Shown here: positions 39,106 through 52,666 of the stretch, one piece after another
How the letters are laid out: the number at the start of each line of letters is the position of its first letter
How positions within the stretch are numbered: the first letter of the stretch is position 1
Assembly: GCA_951406725.2 (NCBI GenBank)
Contig: OX597820.1
Location: 95,976,001-96,040,000 of the forward strand
DNA: 64,000 bases
Reading direction: 5' to 3'
Source: Octopus vulgaris
Taxonomy: Eukaryota
Program-made: the position numbers and the translations under genes
The notes under the pieces: model-generated
What the model was told of the DNA's origin: nothing
The model's input: the letters and a program-made list of their open reading frames with translations, nothing else
The model's database searches: none

Positions 39106-40079
39106 TTAACATTTTCTAGGAATACCACCTGGTGATGTTCTTCAGGTGATGTTTAGCAACCAAATTACTAACTCAGACAGAATTTAGATTTCATTTAAAT
39201 TTTGGAAATAAGCTATATGGTTAGATTATACTGGCAGGGATCTGTAAAAATATAGTATATATGTATGTGACTATGTGTGTGTGTGTGTGTGTGTGTGCTT
39301 ATGTGTGTATTGTATGTGTGAAAAATCTAAGAGAACAGGTAAAACGCACAGCATAAGATACAAACATAGAAACCATTCCCCATAATCCTCTGTTGACTAG
39401 GGATCAAGACAACCTCTGCCTATTAGCAACAAGGTAACGCACTTCAGACGACAACAAATATACGAAAATCTACGGAAAACTTGCAACAGCAAATATTAAA
39501 TCTGTTGATGATGTAAACAAGTAAGTTCGTATAGATAAGAAAGACAGAACACAGAATGAAATGACGAAGAATATTATAAAGGAAATGTCTTTCCCGTAGG
39601 GTAAAAAAAGAACCCCAACAAACTTGAAACGGTTGTGTATAATGTAATTTAAGAGGAAATATGGTAGGAAATTGTTAAACATAGAGAGTGAGACATACCA
39701 GGGAATAACAAAAAACAACAATGTGACAAAGGTTAGCATCACACATGGAAGGGGAGGCGAAAGAAAACTAACTAGAGACAAGATTTCGTTTCAACTGATG
39801 TCGACTGAAACCTAGGCAATTGCACGCATTATCATCAGGATTGCTTACTTCAGAGTACCCGAGAATGGTTGGGATACCTGGACGTATATTTTCGTTTTCG
39901 TTTTATCTGTTGTCTGCACTTAAATTGTTATATATATATATATAGTAAGGGATTACTCCAACCTTTACCGGTTTGCTCTCATTTAGGTATTCCAAATATG
40001 TTATTCAACAGTTAATATATGAAACCAATAATATTCCCATACGATAAGAATTTAGAGATATATTCCTTTGGGTAATCAT

Positions 40080-40345
40080 TTAAGTCCATTTAGAGATAAA
40101 AATAAAAGATTTCAAACAAGTCTTAGTAAATTAAGCTGATATATTAAAGACAGAAACAAAGACTACACTATTAGTTGGGAATTAATTTGTACTGCAAAAA
40201 CATACATACCAGGAACAAAAAAATGTGACGTTTAGAAGAATTTTACCAAATGTTTACATCTAAGGGTAATGTAATAAATTTTAGAGAGAAACAAATTTTG
40301 AGATGCTTGCACATGAGGTAATTCACATTTGCCCTGTATAAATGA
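40080..40345 (+). mobile_element. Penelope-like GIY-YIG C-terminal relic
   Basis: RFQTSLSKLS*YIKDRNKDYTISWELICTAKTYIPGTKKCDV..NFREKQILRCLH resembles the PLE pattern T.LSKY.W.LK....Y.I.W.I...A..Y....K.C.LC..N.R.E...C.H. Confidence 0.65.
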
Positions 40346-40774
40346 ATAATAAACATTTAAACAACAGAATGTTTTGAAATAACGAACTATAAGTGATTAT
40401 CCAATGAAAACTTGAGTTGAAGATAGTTCGCGTCTAACTTAGCGAACAACTCTACATCATACAACGCAGAGTAAATAAACGAAAACCGTTAAACAGTTAA
40501 ATAGAAAGGATATTATTGTAAACACTTTGAAGAAACTGAACCGGCATTATATTAGGTTTACAATTGCAACGGCTACTAATCGACGCAGTTGAAACATGTG
40601 TAGGTCTATGTAAAGATGTATATATACAAAAAAAGATTAAAGGTTATGTTATGCCACTTCCAAATAATGATTATTATTATATATACAAAGTCGAACACAC
40701 ATACACGAGATGCCTGTGTTGTTAGTTTGTTGGGCATGAATACACACATACACACATATATATATATGGTGAAT

Positions 40775-40860
40775 ATGATGATGATGATGACGATGATGAT
40801 GATGATGATGATGATCATCATGATCATCATCATCATCATCCTCATCATCATCATCATCAT
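40775..40860. repeat. (ATG)n followed by (CAT)n: self-complementary microsatellite
   Basis: Direct reading, with the strand flip around 40812-40822. Confidence 0.9.
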
Positions 40861-42876
40861 GAAAATCATTGCATTTCAATAGTATTTTCGAAAGCGTTCT
40901 GAGTTCCATGAGGTAGATTTCTCCTAAAGTCAAACAAATATTGACAAAAAACGGTTTCGGCTGTTTTATTTTTAATATATGATGCAATTCACAAAGCTTA
41001 CATATCTGTCAGTTAGTCATTGTAGACATTTCGATGTTGATATTTTGCATAGCAAGCTTCAAATGCATAGAATAGTACTCTCCATTCATGAATTCGTAAA
41101 CGACATTCGATCTTATACATGTCCAGATCTTGAGAGTGTGAGACCAGAAAACGATGAAATTGAGCATCGACTTACTTTGCTTTCATGTCGATTTTAAGTC
41201 AGTTTGAATGATTCTCATCCACTACAAAACACTGCTGTAAAAGTGTATTAATAATACATAGTTCTATCGCTTTCAATAGTGAGCTGTATCTACAAATGGT
41301 AACTAATTGAACCACTTAAAAATCAATTATCAATTTTTGTATCGACAGGCAACACGGTAAAAACGTGCACTAACTGAGTATTTAAATTCTCCCAACATAC
41401 AACACCAGTCAGTTACAGCTCTATATTATTGAAGGTATAGAGACTTACAAATCTATTGCAGAAGAGATTCTTTCATGCAAAAGCATTTTTAAAATTTATA
41501 TATAGAACCTCTGCGGAAAAAGGCCATCGAAGGTAACTATGGCTCTCATCCTTCTGGAGACAGTAAAAGAAAATATCAGTCAAGTAGGAAATAAATTTAC
41601 TCGCCTGTAACTATGTAAAAAACTATTATTCTACTCTTCTCATGAATGACGGAATGTCAAAAGCGTCAGAGCGTCAAACGAAATAAATTGTGGTACAAAT
41701 TTACGGTCCTTTACACTTCCAAAAGTCGTTCAAATAAATACTTGTCAAGGACTGATTTCGATTGTATCGATTATCTTCTCTTGATAAAATTCTGACAATA
41801 CAGCTATTTTAGAAACTATAATTATCTTGATAATATATTACTGAGTATTATCGTATACTGGACTAGACATATAAAGTAACACTGATCTAACAACATAAAA
41901 AGCAATGAAGCTACATATTTCCTTATAACGCCACTCATATCTAATTAATTAATGCTTCTGTTGCGTTTACAATGGAGTTATGAAACAGACACTAATAGCC
42001 GTTCATGTTGCATCTTTCACGGCTTATCTATTTTTCCATTATATTTAATATGAAAAACGCTGAATTAATATCATAGGAATAAAGTTAAAATAGAACAAGA
42101 TCACAGTTAAATGCTTGGATCAAATGATACATCCTGTACATGTTCTATATATTTTATCAATCAGAGCTGATTACAACACACCAACATCGAAAACATAATA
42201 CCAAACTTGCAGGACATTCGGTGTCATGCACAGACAAAGTGGATAGAACATACAGAGGTAGAGAGAGAGAGGGAGAGAAACAAAGAAAGAGAAAGAGAGA
42301 ATGACGAAAAAGGTAGAGAACGGGAAACAACAACAACAACAACAACAAAGAAACAAACGAATTAGGGAAGAGAGGAAAAAGAGAAGAGAAGAGTGACAGA
42401 AATCTGACAGAAAAATATGATGAATGATTCAAAATGTGAAAAATCGAACGAGGTGAATGTGATATAAATTAGATGCACAAATCAGTTGCAATTAGTGGAC
42501 TATTGCTAGAAAGGTGTTGGGATTGAGGAGGGAATATTCTATGGAAAACATTTCATTAGGCAAGAAGCCATTGCTTTAATACTTGTATGCATTTGAAAAA
42601 GTATGTCAGAGATAGATCAAGCAGAAACCATAGAAAGATCACATGATTAAAGCATCTGTATTTTATTACATCCTGTATATTGAGTTCAAATTCAATGTTT
42701 TAAGTAGGTACTAATAACAAATTAGGCAACTAAAACGGCTGTAAGCTTTTAGTACTAAGCTCTTATGCATAGTCAAAGTAATAGAATTATATACAGTTGA
42801 ATTATGTCTTTCACCTTCTGTTGGAATCTCTGTAAACATATGATTGTATTGACATATTAATATACATTAGTAAACT

Positions 42877-43105
42877 AAGGCAGAGAGTTGGCAGAATCGT
42901 TTGTACGCTGTGCAAAATGCCCAGCAGGATTTCGTCTGTCTTTACGTTTTTAAGTGCTGAGTTGAAATACCGCCGAATTTGCCTTTACCTTTCATCATCT
43001 CGCCGTAGATAAAATAATTACCACCTGAACACTGGGATCGATGTAATTGACTTAACCCTACACACCACAAAAAGACAAGCTGGCATTGTGTCAAAATTTG
43101 GAGCG
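42877..43105 (+). mobile_element. SINE family A copy
   Basis: AAGGCAGAGAGTTGGCAGAATCGTT..ATTTCGTCTGTCTTTACGTT..CTTTCATC..CACTGGGATCGATGTAAT. Confidence 0.8.
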
Positions 43106-43392
43106 AATATACGAGATAAGTACTATCTTAATAGAAATACAATTATATAAATACTTTCCTGCGAGCTCGCACACTTCCGAATGCATGAATAGTAAATAAA
43201 TATATATTTATATTTGTATCAATCTATCTACAAATATGTGCATATATGTATATTAGGATAGTTTTTTCTTTCTTTTTTTTCATTTATCACATCAGTGTGT
43301 AAACGAATCTCGTTTAATATGAGTGTGAATGTGTGTGGGTGTTCGTGTCTATACTTGTGCTATACATTTTCGTTTGCTTAAGCTCACGGCTG

Positions 43393-43464
<72 letters not shown>

Positions 43465-43589
43465 CATATATATATGTGTGTGTGTGTATGTGTGTGTTTG
43501 TGTGTGTCTATATATTCACACACACACATACACATACACACACACATAGATTTATTAAAACAATGGATATAGGGTACCCGGTGGTTTTC

Positions 43590-45080
43590 AATATCTCTAG
43601 AAAAAAAAACAAATTGTTGTCCAGTGGGGACTGGGCAGCCAGTAGCAACATGATCAAAGTTTCCGCAAATTCTGCACGAGGGGTCAGATCCATCTTTAAG
43701 GACGTTTGCATGGTAGTTTCTGGTTGATAAGCTCTGATCTTGTGCTGCAATAACAAAACTTTCTGTTTCCCTTTTTAGACCTGTTCCTTGCAGCCATTGG
43801 TGTGTTAGATTCTGATCAATATCTGGCTTGGACAGGCGCTTAGGGTATTTTCCATGCCTTTCCAGTTGTCTTCGATATTATTCATGCAAGCTTTCTTTGC
43901 TTTTTGGTTTATGTTTTTTGCATCAGTGATAGGTTTGTCACTATTTGGATCTCGTTGATCTTACTGGTTATTAATTTCAAAATCAGGAGAAGTAATGGTA
44001 GGTCTGTCAGTATTTGGGTGTCTTTGGTCATTCTTATTGTTAACTTGTCGGCCAAGAGACTTTTTAAAATTTCTTACTACGCTTCATGACTGAAGCTGGC
44101 TTGGAATCTTCATGCTTCAGTGCAGTTCGTAAGAGCACATCACTTGTTGTATTAAGGTACGTTTCAAGGTCTGTTATTGCTGATTTGAAGAATTGTTCGA
44201 GCTGTATCAAGCCTCTTCTACCTATTTTTCTTGGGAGATAAATCCTGTTTACATTTGATTTTGGCTGGTGCATTTGGTACTTTGTAAGGATTTTACGGAT
44301 CTTTCCATCCATATTATGCATGTCAGTGAGACCCCACTTAATGATGCCGAAGCTATATGTGGTTACTGGTGTGGCAAATGAACAGATCGCACTAATTCTG
44401 TTAATAGCATTTAATTCTGAGTTTGGGACCATTCTTACCCTTCGGCTCTCAGATATTTGTATACTTCGGATTGGTCTAGGTTTCGAAAAGCTATAGTAGT
44501 ATCAATTTTTATGTTTTCTGCCTTTATCAACTTTCCTACCTTGAAAGTAACTTTTGCACATTTATCAAGTCCGGTTTTCCATATCTGTATCAGAGCGGAA
44601 ATCATTCACAATTTTCAGGAGTTCTAATTCTTTGTCGTTTTTGGCAAACAGTTTTAGATCATCCACATAGAATAGATGATTAATTTTCTGGTCAAATATT
44701 TTGTAATAGTAATGGTGATAATGAGTCACCTTGAAAGATACCACAGGCGATATTGATGTCTGGTGAGGTGGTATATCCCTGTGTATGGTTTAAAATGAGG
44801 GGAGTTCTCCACGAATTCATGATTACTTTTACAAAGTTCACAATTGTTGGAGTTATCATGTAAATTTCCAGAACATTGATGATCCATGCATGGGGAACAC
44901 TGTCAAAAGCTTCCTTCTAATCTATCAAAGTGGTGCCAAATTTTGTGTTTGGATTTGCACTTTTCAATGACCATTTTATTAATCGGTAATTGGTCCTTAT
45001 ATCCATATGAACTCCTTTTAGATCCCTTTTGTTCCACTGGGAATAACTTGCTGTTGTCCAAGAATTCTTATGCTCTATTC
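43590..45080 (-). mobile_element. Decayed R4/Dong RT fragment (REL end missing); 5' end abuts a (TAT)n/(CAT)n tract
   Basis: Reverse strand has QKGSKRSSYGYKDQL, KAFDSVPHAWI, INHLFYVDDLKLFAK (~44640-44685), ORF 44064-44432 MHQPKSNVNRIYLPRKIGRRGL and SDPSCRICG. Confidence 0.88.
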
Positions 45081-45082
45081 GC

Positions 45083-45087
45083 TATTA

Positions 45088-45142
<55 letters not shown>

Positions 45143-45203
45143 CATCATCATCATCATATCATCATCATCATCACCATCACCATCATCATCGTCGTCGTCG
45201 TCG

Positions 45204-45260
<57 letters not shown>
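45083..45260. repeat. Compound (TAT)n(CAT)n microsatellite; further (TAT)n at 45449-45527
   Basis: Direct reading. Confidence 0.95.
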
Positions 45261-45261
<1 letters not shown>

Positions 45262-45448
45262 TCGAAGGTTGTAATGGACGCAGGTTCGTGTGTCATATAG
45301 CTAGCTAGAGGCGATGGCCTCTTGGAGCTAATCAGCGACAGCTTTAGTCTTATATTTATAGACTGCCATATTAGTATGGCGATAACTATTAATATCCAGT
45401 AACGCTGCCGTAATCTCCTTTAGAGAGACTTAGTAATTTTAATATTTC

Positions 45449-45527
<79 letters not shown>

Positions 45528-45529
<2 letters not shown>

Positions 45530-45810
45530 GGTAGAGAGCAACTACCAAAGAAAGTGGAACCCCAGCATATTGGGGGACTTCTTCTGGATGTTTTTGCGTG
45601 ACATCCCTGAGGCAAAGAACACAAGATCGTCCAAAAGAAAATAATCACTTGCAACTGCCTGCTGAAAATAGAAATCACTTCCAACTGTCTGCTGGAAATA
45701 AAATGAAAGAAATCATCAACGACTAAAGCCCTTGTCCAAAAATAGTTGGGGTCGGTCCCAAATTTCAAACTGTTTTATCATTTTCATTCCCCACCCAAAC
45801 TTACTTAACG
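45528..45810 (+). mobile_element. 3' relic of a DNA transposon, probably Chapaev3-like
   Basis: KVESNYQRKWNPSILGDFFWMFLRDIPEAK resembles the ME.RYQG.W...M.ADYCW.L.RD transposase C-terminus. Superfamily assignment is from memory and tentative. Contains a ~31-bp tandem duplication at ~45643-45703. Confidence 0.5.
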
Positions 45811-46349
45811 CATCTTTCAATCTCTTTTCATCGATTTTGCATCTCATCTTATTTCAAATCCCAAGATAGTCTCTTCTTAATTAACGGCGAATTTCTAGTT
45901 TTCTATTTCTTTTAGTTCTTCTTTCCATTCCACTATTCCCCCGTCTTTTAATCTTTATATCTTGTATCTTATATCGGCTGCCATCATTTTAGACAATAGT
46001 CGCTTCCTAGTTTGTATATTTTAGCTTTTCTTCTTACATACACTGGTTATTGATTCAATTTTCTCTGAGGATACAAAAGTTGGAAAACTTTGTTCAATTT
46101 ATAGAGAAATGACTAATACAAATGCATACACAAAAACATATTCGTACAAATACATACATGTGCGTTCTTGTTATAGCATTATGAATTTAATGAGCATCAA
46201 AAATGCTAATTAGAAGTAAATACGCGATAGCAAAATATAATAGAGTTCAATGGACAATATTTACAATATTGCAATAAGTATGATACAAAATTATCGACAT
46301 GTTTCTGCACAATCAGCTCAGATTTCGAAGCTACTTACTGAAGTACTTT

Positions 46350-46509
<160 letters not shown>

Positions 46510-47339
46510 CCCTTTACTGTTGACTGTTGGAAGAAAGTGTACTCAACACTATAGTAAAAATTAAGAATATTTTGTATAATTTGGTCGAGTCAGTTTCCCT
46601 GCTACTAAATGAAACTCATACGTATACGTGTGCGTTGGTGTGTGCATATTCATATTCTCAGAGAAATTTAATTGAATAATTCATCATTTGCATGCATATA
46701 TGGAAACAGCTTAACGTGAACCGAAAACCAGAGTAGACTACGAAATACATTACAGTTTAAAAGCAACATAGAGAAGTTTACTCAATAAACCCGAGTATAA
46801 ATGAGATAATTCAATTAACATAGTGGAAAATATACTGTATAATATTTAGCTAACTGTTAGTTCACATTTCATGCTCGTAAAACTTAATATTGTTTCGTGC
46901 AATCATTTTACAATTCATTCAGCAAAGTCTCTTTCGCGAATAAAATGTGCAAAGATCTCAAAATATTCTGTTACTGTGTATGACTTTGCAAGAAAGCTCT
47001 ATTCTTAATCATAATGCTTTTAGTTATGCTTCGGTTGATAGAAATATAGAAATAAAGAAGTGGCATATTAAGTAGCTGTATTTCTAAATGAATGGGTATG
47101 CCGGGAATAATGTAGTTTAAAATTATTCACAGGTAAATTTGTAATGTTATATTAGAAATATAGTTTCTAAATAAACATTTACAAAATATTCCTTTAGGTA
47201 AGTAGTTATTGTTAATGAGGCAGTTACTAGAAGAGAAACAGTTGCATTTCAGCTTTTATTATTATTTATCCTTGTATAAAACTTACCTAGTTGTAAAAAG
47301 ATTCAGTAATACTTGTGCTTCTGTGGGAAATGCTAAATA

Positions 47340-47755
47340 GGCGCAGGAGTGGCTGTGTGGTAAGTAGCTTGCCTACCAACCACATGGTTCCGGGTTCAGT
47401 CCCACTGCGTTGCACCTTGGGCAAGTGTCTTCTACTATAGCCTCGGGCCGACCAGAGCCTTGTGAGTGGATTTGGTAGACGGAAACTGAAAGAAGCCCGA
47501 CGTATATATGTATATATGTATATATGTATGTGTGTGTGTGTGTGTGTATGTTTGTGTGTCTGTATCTGTGCACCTAGCATTGCTTGACAACCGATGCTGG
47601 TGTGTTTATGCCCCCGTCACTTAGCGGTTCGGCAAAAAGAGACCGATAGAATAAGTACTGGGCTTACAAAGAATAAGTCCCGGGGTCGAGTTGCTCAACT
47701 AAAGGCGCTGCTTCAGCATGGCCGCAGTCAAATGACTGAAACAAGTAAAAGAGTA
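47340..47755 (+). mobile_element. Full-length tRNA-derived SINE family B with internal (TA/TG) microsatellite
   Basis: A box TGGCTGTGTGG, B box GGTTCAGTCCC, then CCTTGGGCAAGTGTCTT (CORE-SINE-like start). Tail GCATGGCCGCAGTCAAATGACTGAAACAAG. Confidence 0.92.
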
Positions 47756-47870
47756 TAGCAAAACTATTTTGGCTACAAATGTGAGAACTTACAATTTGAG
47801 AAGGTAATAAATGCGTGACATCTCAAAACCATGTGATGGCAAAGTGAATTATTTCCTTTGTATATGTGCG

Positions 47871-47927
<57 letters not shown>

Positions 47928-48184
47928 GAGAGAGAGAGAAAGAGAGAGAGACAAACAGAAAGACAGACATTTAATCCAAAATCTAAAACAGCTGGAAATA
48001 TAATGAAATATGAAATATGAAATGAAACTGAGAGCAGTATATAAATATTTCTTATTGCAATATTAATCTTGGGTTAGTGTAGCATTTTTGAATTTCATGG
48101 ATATTTCTCGAGAGGTTAAATTACAAACAGCAGATTAAACATTGCTTTTCTTTCTTTCTTTCTTTCTTTCTTTCTCTCTCTCAC

Positions 48185-48223
<39 letters not shown>

Positions 48224-48348
48224 TATTTAAAGTAGTTCTATTCGGCTCAATGTGACTTACAATTTTGTGAGCTTCTAGTACAAGCTAACTCTTTCGGGAT
48301 TAGATTACCGAATCTCTTTATGCATGTGAGTGTGTATGTATGTGTGTG

Positions 48349-48423
<75 letters not shown>

Positions 48424-49581
48424 GTGCGTGTATCTATAAATAACTACTGTATTTATGAACCTTATAAACAAAGCAAGGCAAGTGTTACTTTTTTAAGATG
48501 CCAATCAAGTCTCATGCAGCAGTACAGCTTCCTTAGCTAAACCTTTGAGAGATCAATATATCACGGAATATATTTAAAAACGGTTTCTCACAGTATTTCA
48601 AAATTACACATAGGAAAAGATCCCGCCAATAAAATATCACTGTCAGTAATAGATACGATAAAAGAAATATACAACATATAAATAAATGGTACCACCATAA
48701 GAGTTATATCGATCAGAAACAAATTTAAAGTGCTTATGTCTGAGTGTCTATATGCATACATTCCTATATAAATGCATAAAGATCTATCTTATCTATCTTA
48801 TCTGTTTTATATAGACATACATATATACATATACACAGTCACATACATATATACATACCACAAAAACATACAAACTTATACATACACAGACATCTACATA
48901 CATAGACATATGAACACACGGAAACATATATGTATATATTCTGTGTGTGACACTTATTTGTAGAGTCTTAATTATCACTCTTTACTCTCTTCAAACGAGT
49001 TGAAAGGCTTTTAATTCTTTCAGCTCCCCACGGCAGCGAATATGCTAACACAAAAAATTAAAAGATATGCAATGTTTGTGTTATGTGCTAAACACCCGCT
49101 TTTGAGGAACAGAAAACTTTCTAAATATTGTAATATCTTTTGTACAGAAAGTGCAGATGGTGTTGAAAGCCTCTGGCGGGAACGTTTCTATTGTATCAAT
49201 ATAATTCATCAAACAGGTTCAGAATGTTATTGATTATGAACGCAGAAAAGCAACGACATTAATCACCAAAGAAAATCATGTGCCGGCTAGGATTATCAGA
49301 ACTGTGGTGCCCGAGGTGATACGACACAAGCTGTATGTAGTGAGGAGAAGTAAATTTTCCTGAGTCTGTAAAGACACGAGAAAACCATTTGATCCGTGTC
49401 AAGTACCTACTTAACAGGGTTGAAAACCTTCAGTAACATGTCATGCTTTGGCCCTTTTCAGAAAAGAAAAACTTCGACCACGACTGTATACATGCATATC
49501 CACACACACACACACACACAAACATATATATATATATACAAAACATTCATAGATGTATTCGTGTCTTGACAACCAGTGGTA

Positions 49582-50765
49582 ATGTTCATTATTTACATTT
49601 CACGGATATTTGTCCTCATCTTGTTTATATTCCCCAGCCTTCATCAGGTGTCTTGGGAAAATTTCGAACCTAAGGTATTTTTCGTTGTTGTTGGGGTTAG
49701 TAGCCGGCGCTCTTAACCACTACGCCATATGCCCGTGGGTAATTATTGATGGAATTTTAGGTCGTATAAATCTAATATAAGTATCGATCGTGATATACAC
49801 CACACATAAATGATCAAGATCAATAACAATCTATTAAGCAACAACTACCCCCAAAACATACTGCCCACTCCAATTATGAAGAAAAGAGAGGATAAAACCA
49901 ATAAAGTCTCCACAATCTGTCTACCCTGCGTGAAAGACTTCTGGTAAAATATACAAAATATATGCAGCCCATATGACATCAGGACAGTATTCAAAAGTAA
50001 TACAACACTTCGCAAATATCTCCTTCGAGTAAAACCACCAATAGGAGAGAATATGATAAAAGACTGCGTGTACTCCGTCCCATGCAGCTGTGGTAGGTTA
50101 TACAAAGGCGAAACATGCCGCCCCCTCAAAATAAGGGTAGACGAACATCGCAAAGCTGTGACACGATGGGATATTGCTAAATCGATTATAACGGATCATT
50201 TATGGGGGAAAAAATGGAGACCACCTCCTCTATGGGATGACGTTAAAGTAATAGACAGAGAACGCCACTGGAAAATACGAAAACTAAAAGAAGCAGCACA
50301 CATACTAGGACACAACAACCTCCTAAGCAGACCGAGTGCAGATATGAGTAGCATATGGGAACCGGTATTTATGAAGAGGTTTCATCCTCTCTTTTCTTCA
50401 TAACTGGAGCGGAGAGTATGAACCGGTATTAAGGAAGGATAGGAGAATATTAGATTTATAAGCCCTAAAATTCACTCCATAATTGCCCATGGGCATATGG
50501 CGTAGGGGTTAAGAGCGCGGGCTACTAACCCCAAGATTCCGAGTTCGACCTGAATAATAATAATAATAATAAGGAGAAGAAGAAGAAGAAGAAGACTCAG
50601 CATCGAAAAAATGCCTTGAGAATGAGAACCCAGGTTCGAAATTTCCCCAAGACACCTGATGAGGGCTGGAGGGTATATCAGCCGAAACGTTGTGTTAACA
50701 ACAAACAAGATGAGGATAAATATTCGTCAAATGTAAGTAATATAAATAATGTACATAATTCTTCC
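49582..50765 (+). mobile_element. 5'-truncated Penelope-like element: inverted partial terminal repeat + GIY-YIG 3' ORF + direct terminal repeat
   Basis: ICLPCVKD..ICSPYDIRTVFKSNTTLRKYL, then ORF 50053-50403 DCVYSVPCSCGRLYKGETCRPLKIRVDEH..RKLKEAAHI (GIY-YIG). 49582-49778 is a deleted reverse-complement copy of 50447-50760. Confidence 0.9.
50651..50696 (+). ncRNA. Minimal type-I hammerhead ribozyme in a PLE terminal repeat
   Basis: GACAC-CTGATGA-G-GGCTG-GAGGGTATAT-CAGCC-GAAAC-GTT-GTGTT. Stem I GACAC/GTGTT, stem II GGCTG/CAGCC, palindromic AACGTT stem III (dimer type), GUU triplet. Confidence 0.85.
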
Positions 50766-51149
50766 TCTCTTAAATATAGAACTGTTATAATATTGATTTT
50801 TTTCTAACATTACTCATCATCAGTGAAAAGAATAAATGAATTCAACATAGTTTCTAAGTCAATAGCGCTTTTAAGAATGAACGAATAAAATATTTCCGTA
50901 TATGCGTTCCAATTTTTGAATATATATTGATGATAAACATTGATTTATATCAGTTAGCTTTCATTTCATACAACGCCTGTAGTCTCTATTTCAGGAGACA
51001 TAATGACAGTATTTCATAGAGAATCTAATTAGTGATAAAAAGATATTTGTATATGTACATCCAAATATACACTTGTGTCTGTCTGTGTGTGCGCGCGTGC
51101 GCAATGTCTGTGTGTATGAGAGAGAGAGGAAAGTGTGAAGGAGGGTGAT

Positions 51150-51941
51150 AGTGTCTGAGTGACGTGCATCGGTTCCTGTCTTCTTGTTTTTGGAAGAGCT
51201 GCTCTGTTATTTTGCATCAATTTGCCACACTGAAGTTGAAACTTTGTTATAGTACAAACTGCAGGCAAAGTTTGTAACGGTCGGTTTTAAAAAAACTAGA
51301 TAGCAACAAGTCAACATCTCTGTTAGATGTCACGTTCCTTCTCCTTCTTCGATCTGTTCTAAAATTAGCGCACACGGAATATCTGTCATGAATGGTCTTT
51401 AATTCGCTCATCGACGCTTTTCCATCAGTATCACACAATATACAGCAATCAGGGTATATGAAACTGCACATTTCACATGAACGGGACTCAACTTTAGTCC
51501 TCTGAATATTCCATTATCCAGGATAAACTAGTCGCGCTCCAACTGCCATAAAGGCTCACACTACTCTGTACACTTATTTGACCAACATCAACTGACGTGT
51601 TTTGGTATCGTGTCCCAACCCTGTGACGGCGCATTTCGGATCAATCAGGAGACGAACTCGATTGGTCTCCATCTGGTTAATGACTGACTCTGAATAGCCG
51701 TCCCAGTCAGATTTGCACTTCAGGAGTGTCAGCAACACAGATGCCATAGCCAATCTACAGTAGACATTTTCGAAGTCTATCGGATAATGTGCTGCTCCAA
51801 CGCCAATTGCTTTTCTGAGTATTCCTCACATATCATTATATAGCGTTTGGAAGCAGGTATTTTTCTATTGCACTTAAAGTCGAAGAAATTAGACCAAGAG
51901 AACAGCAAAAATGGTAACGTATCTTTCCGTCCAAGGTGAGC
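51150..51941 (+). other. Unique non-repetitive segment; candidate promoter/first exon
   Basis: Repeat-free and less AT-rich than the surroundings. TGACGT at ~51160, AAAAATGG at 51906-51914 and donor-like CCAAG|GTGAGC at 51935/51936. No supporting downstream exon found. Confidence 0.25.
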
Positions 51942-52059
51942 AGTCTGTAATTTCTCCTCCCACTTGCTACCGGTTGCTCCCGTAACCCGATATTTTTTTA
52001 CTTTCAAGCTTGTAGCAATATAAAGATCCACTGACCCGAGTCCACATATTCATATTCAT

Positions 52060-52616
52060 ATACTGCCACATACCCCACCTCTTCCCCATCTTCAGCCTAC
52101 CTACATACCCCCTCTACCCCCACACTCCACCCTTGCTTTCTCCCACTCTCGCCTCCCTCACATCCCAACACCATCATACCGCACCACACATCACTACACC
52201 ATACATCACCATACCACGCAACACCACATCACATCACATCACCAAGCACACACTAGCACTAACCACTTCTCAGCCCCACATCCACACACCTACATACACA
52301 CACACGCACACGTCAAGGTCACCAACCCTCTTCCACACTCACATACATGCTCTCTTATACACACGCACCTTCATTTTGGGATCACCACTACTTTATTATC
52401 TCCCCTTCTTCCTGTATGACCCCTTTGTCAGGCATTTGCCATGATAGATCGCTAGCTACTACACATTCTTTATTTTCACTCCTTGATTCTTTCTGTGAAA
52501 GAGCGTAAGCTCGAAACGTTAAAAATTTTCCCACTTCCCGAGCGTTTAACTAATACATCTGTTTGTTTTCTGCACCACCTGTCTTCGTCTTTTGCTTTTT
52601 TTGTGAATTCTCCCCC

Positions 52617-52620
<4 letters not shown>
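52060..52620 (+). mobile_element. PLE 3' region/terminal repeat with variant hammerhead (52490-52523)
   Basis: C/A-rich 3' region related to the reverse complement of 29320-29500. The end is collinear with 13263-13472. Motif CTGTGAA-A-GAGC-GTAA-GCTC-GAAAC-GTT. Confidence 0.75.

Positions 52621-52666
<46 letters not shown>

Noticed and set aside
39785-39845. CTGATG..GAAACCTAGG on + and CTGATGA on - as hammerheads
   Set aside because: The core is incomplete and stem II cannot be formed convincingly. At most a decayed remnant.
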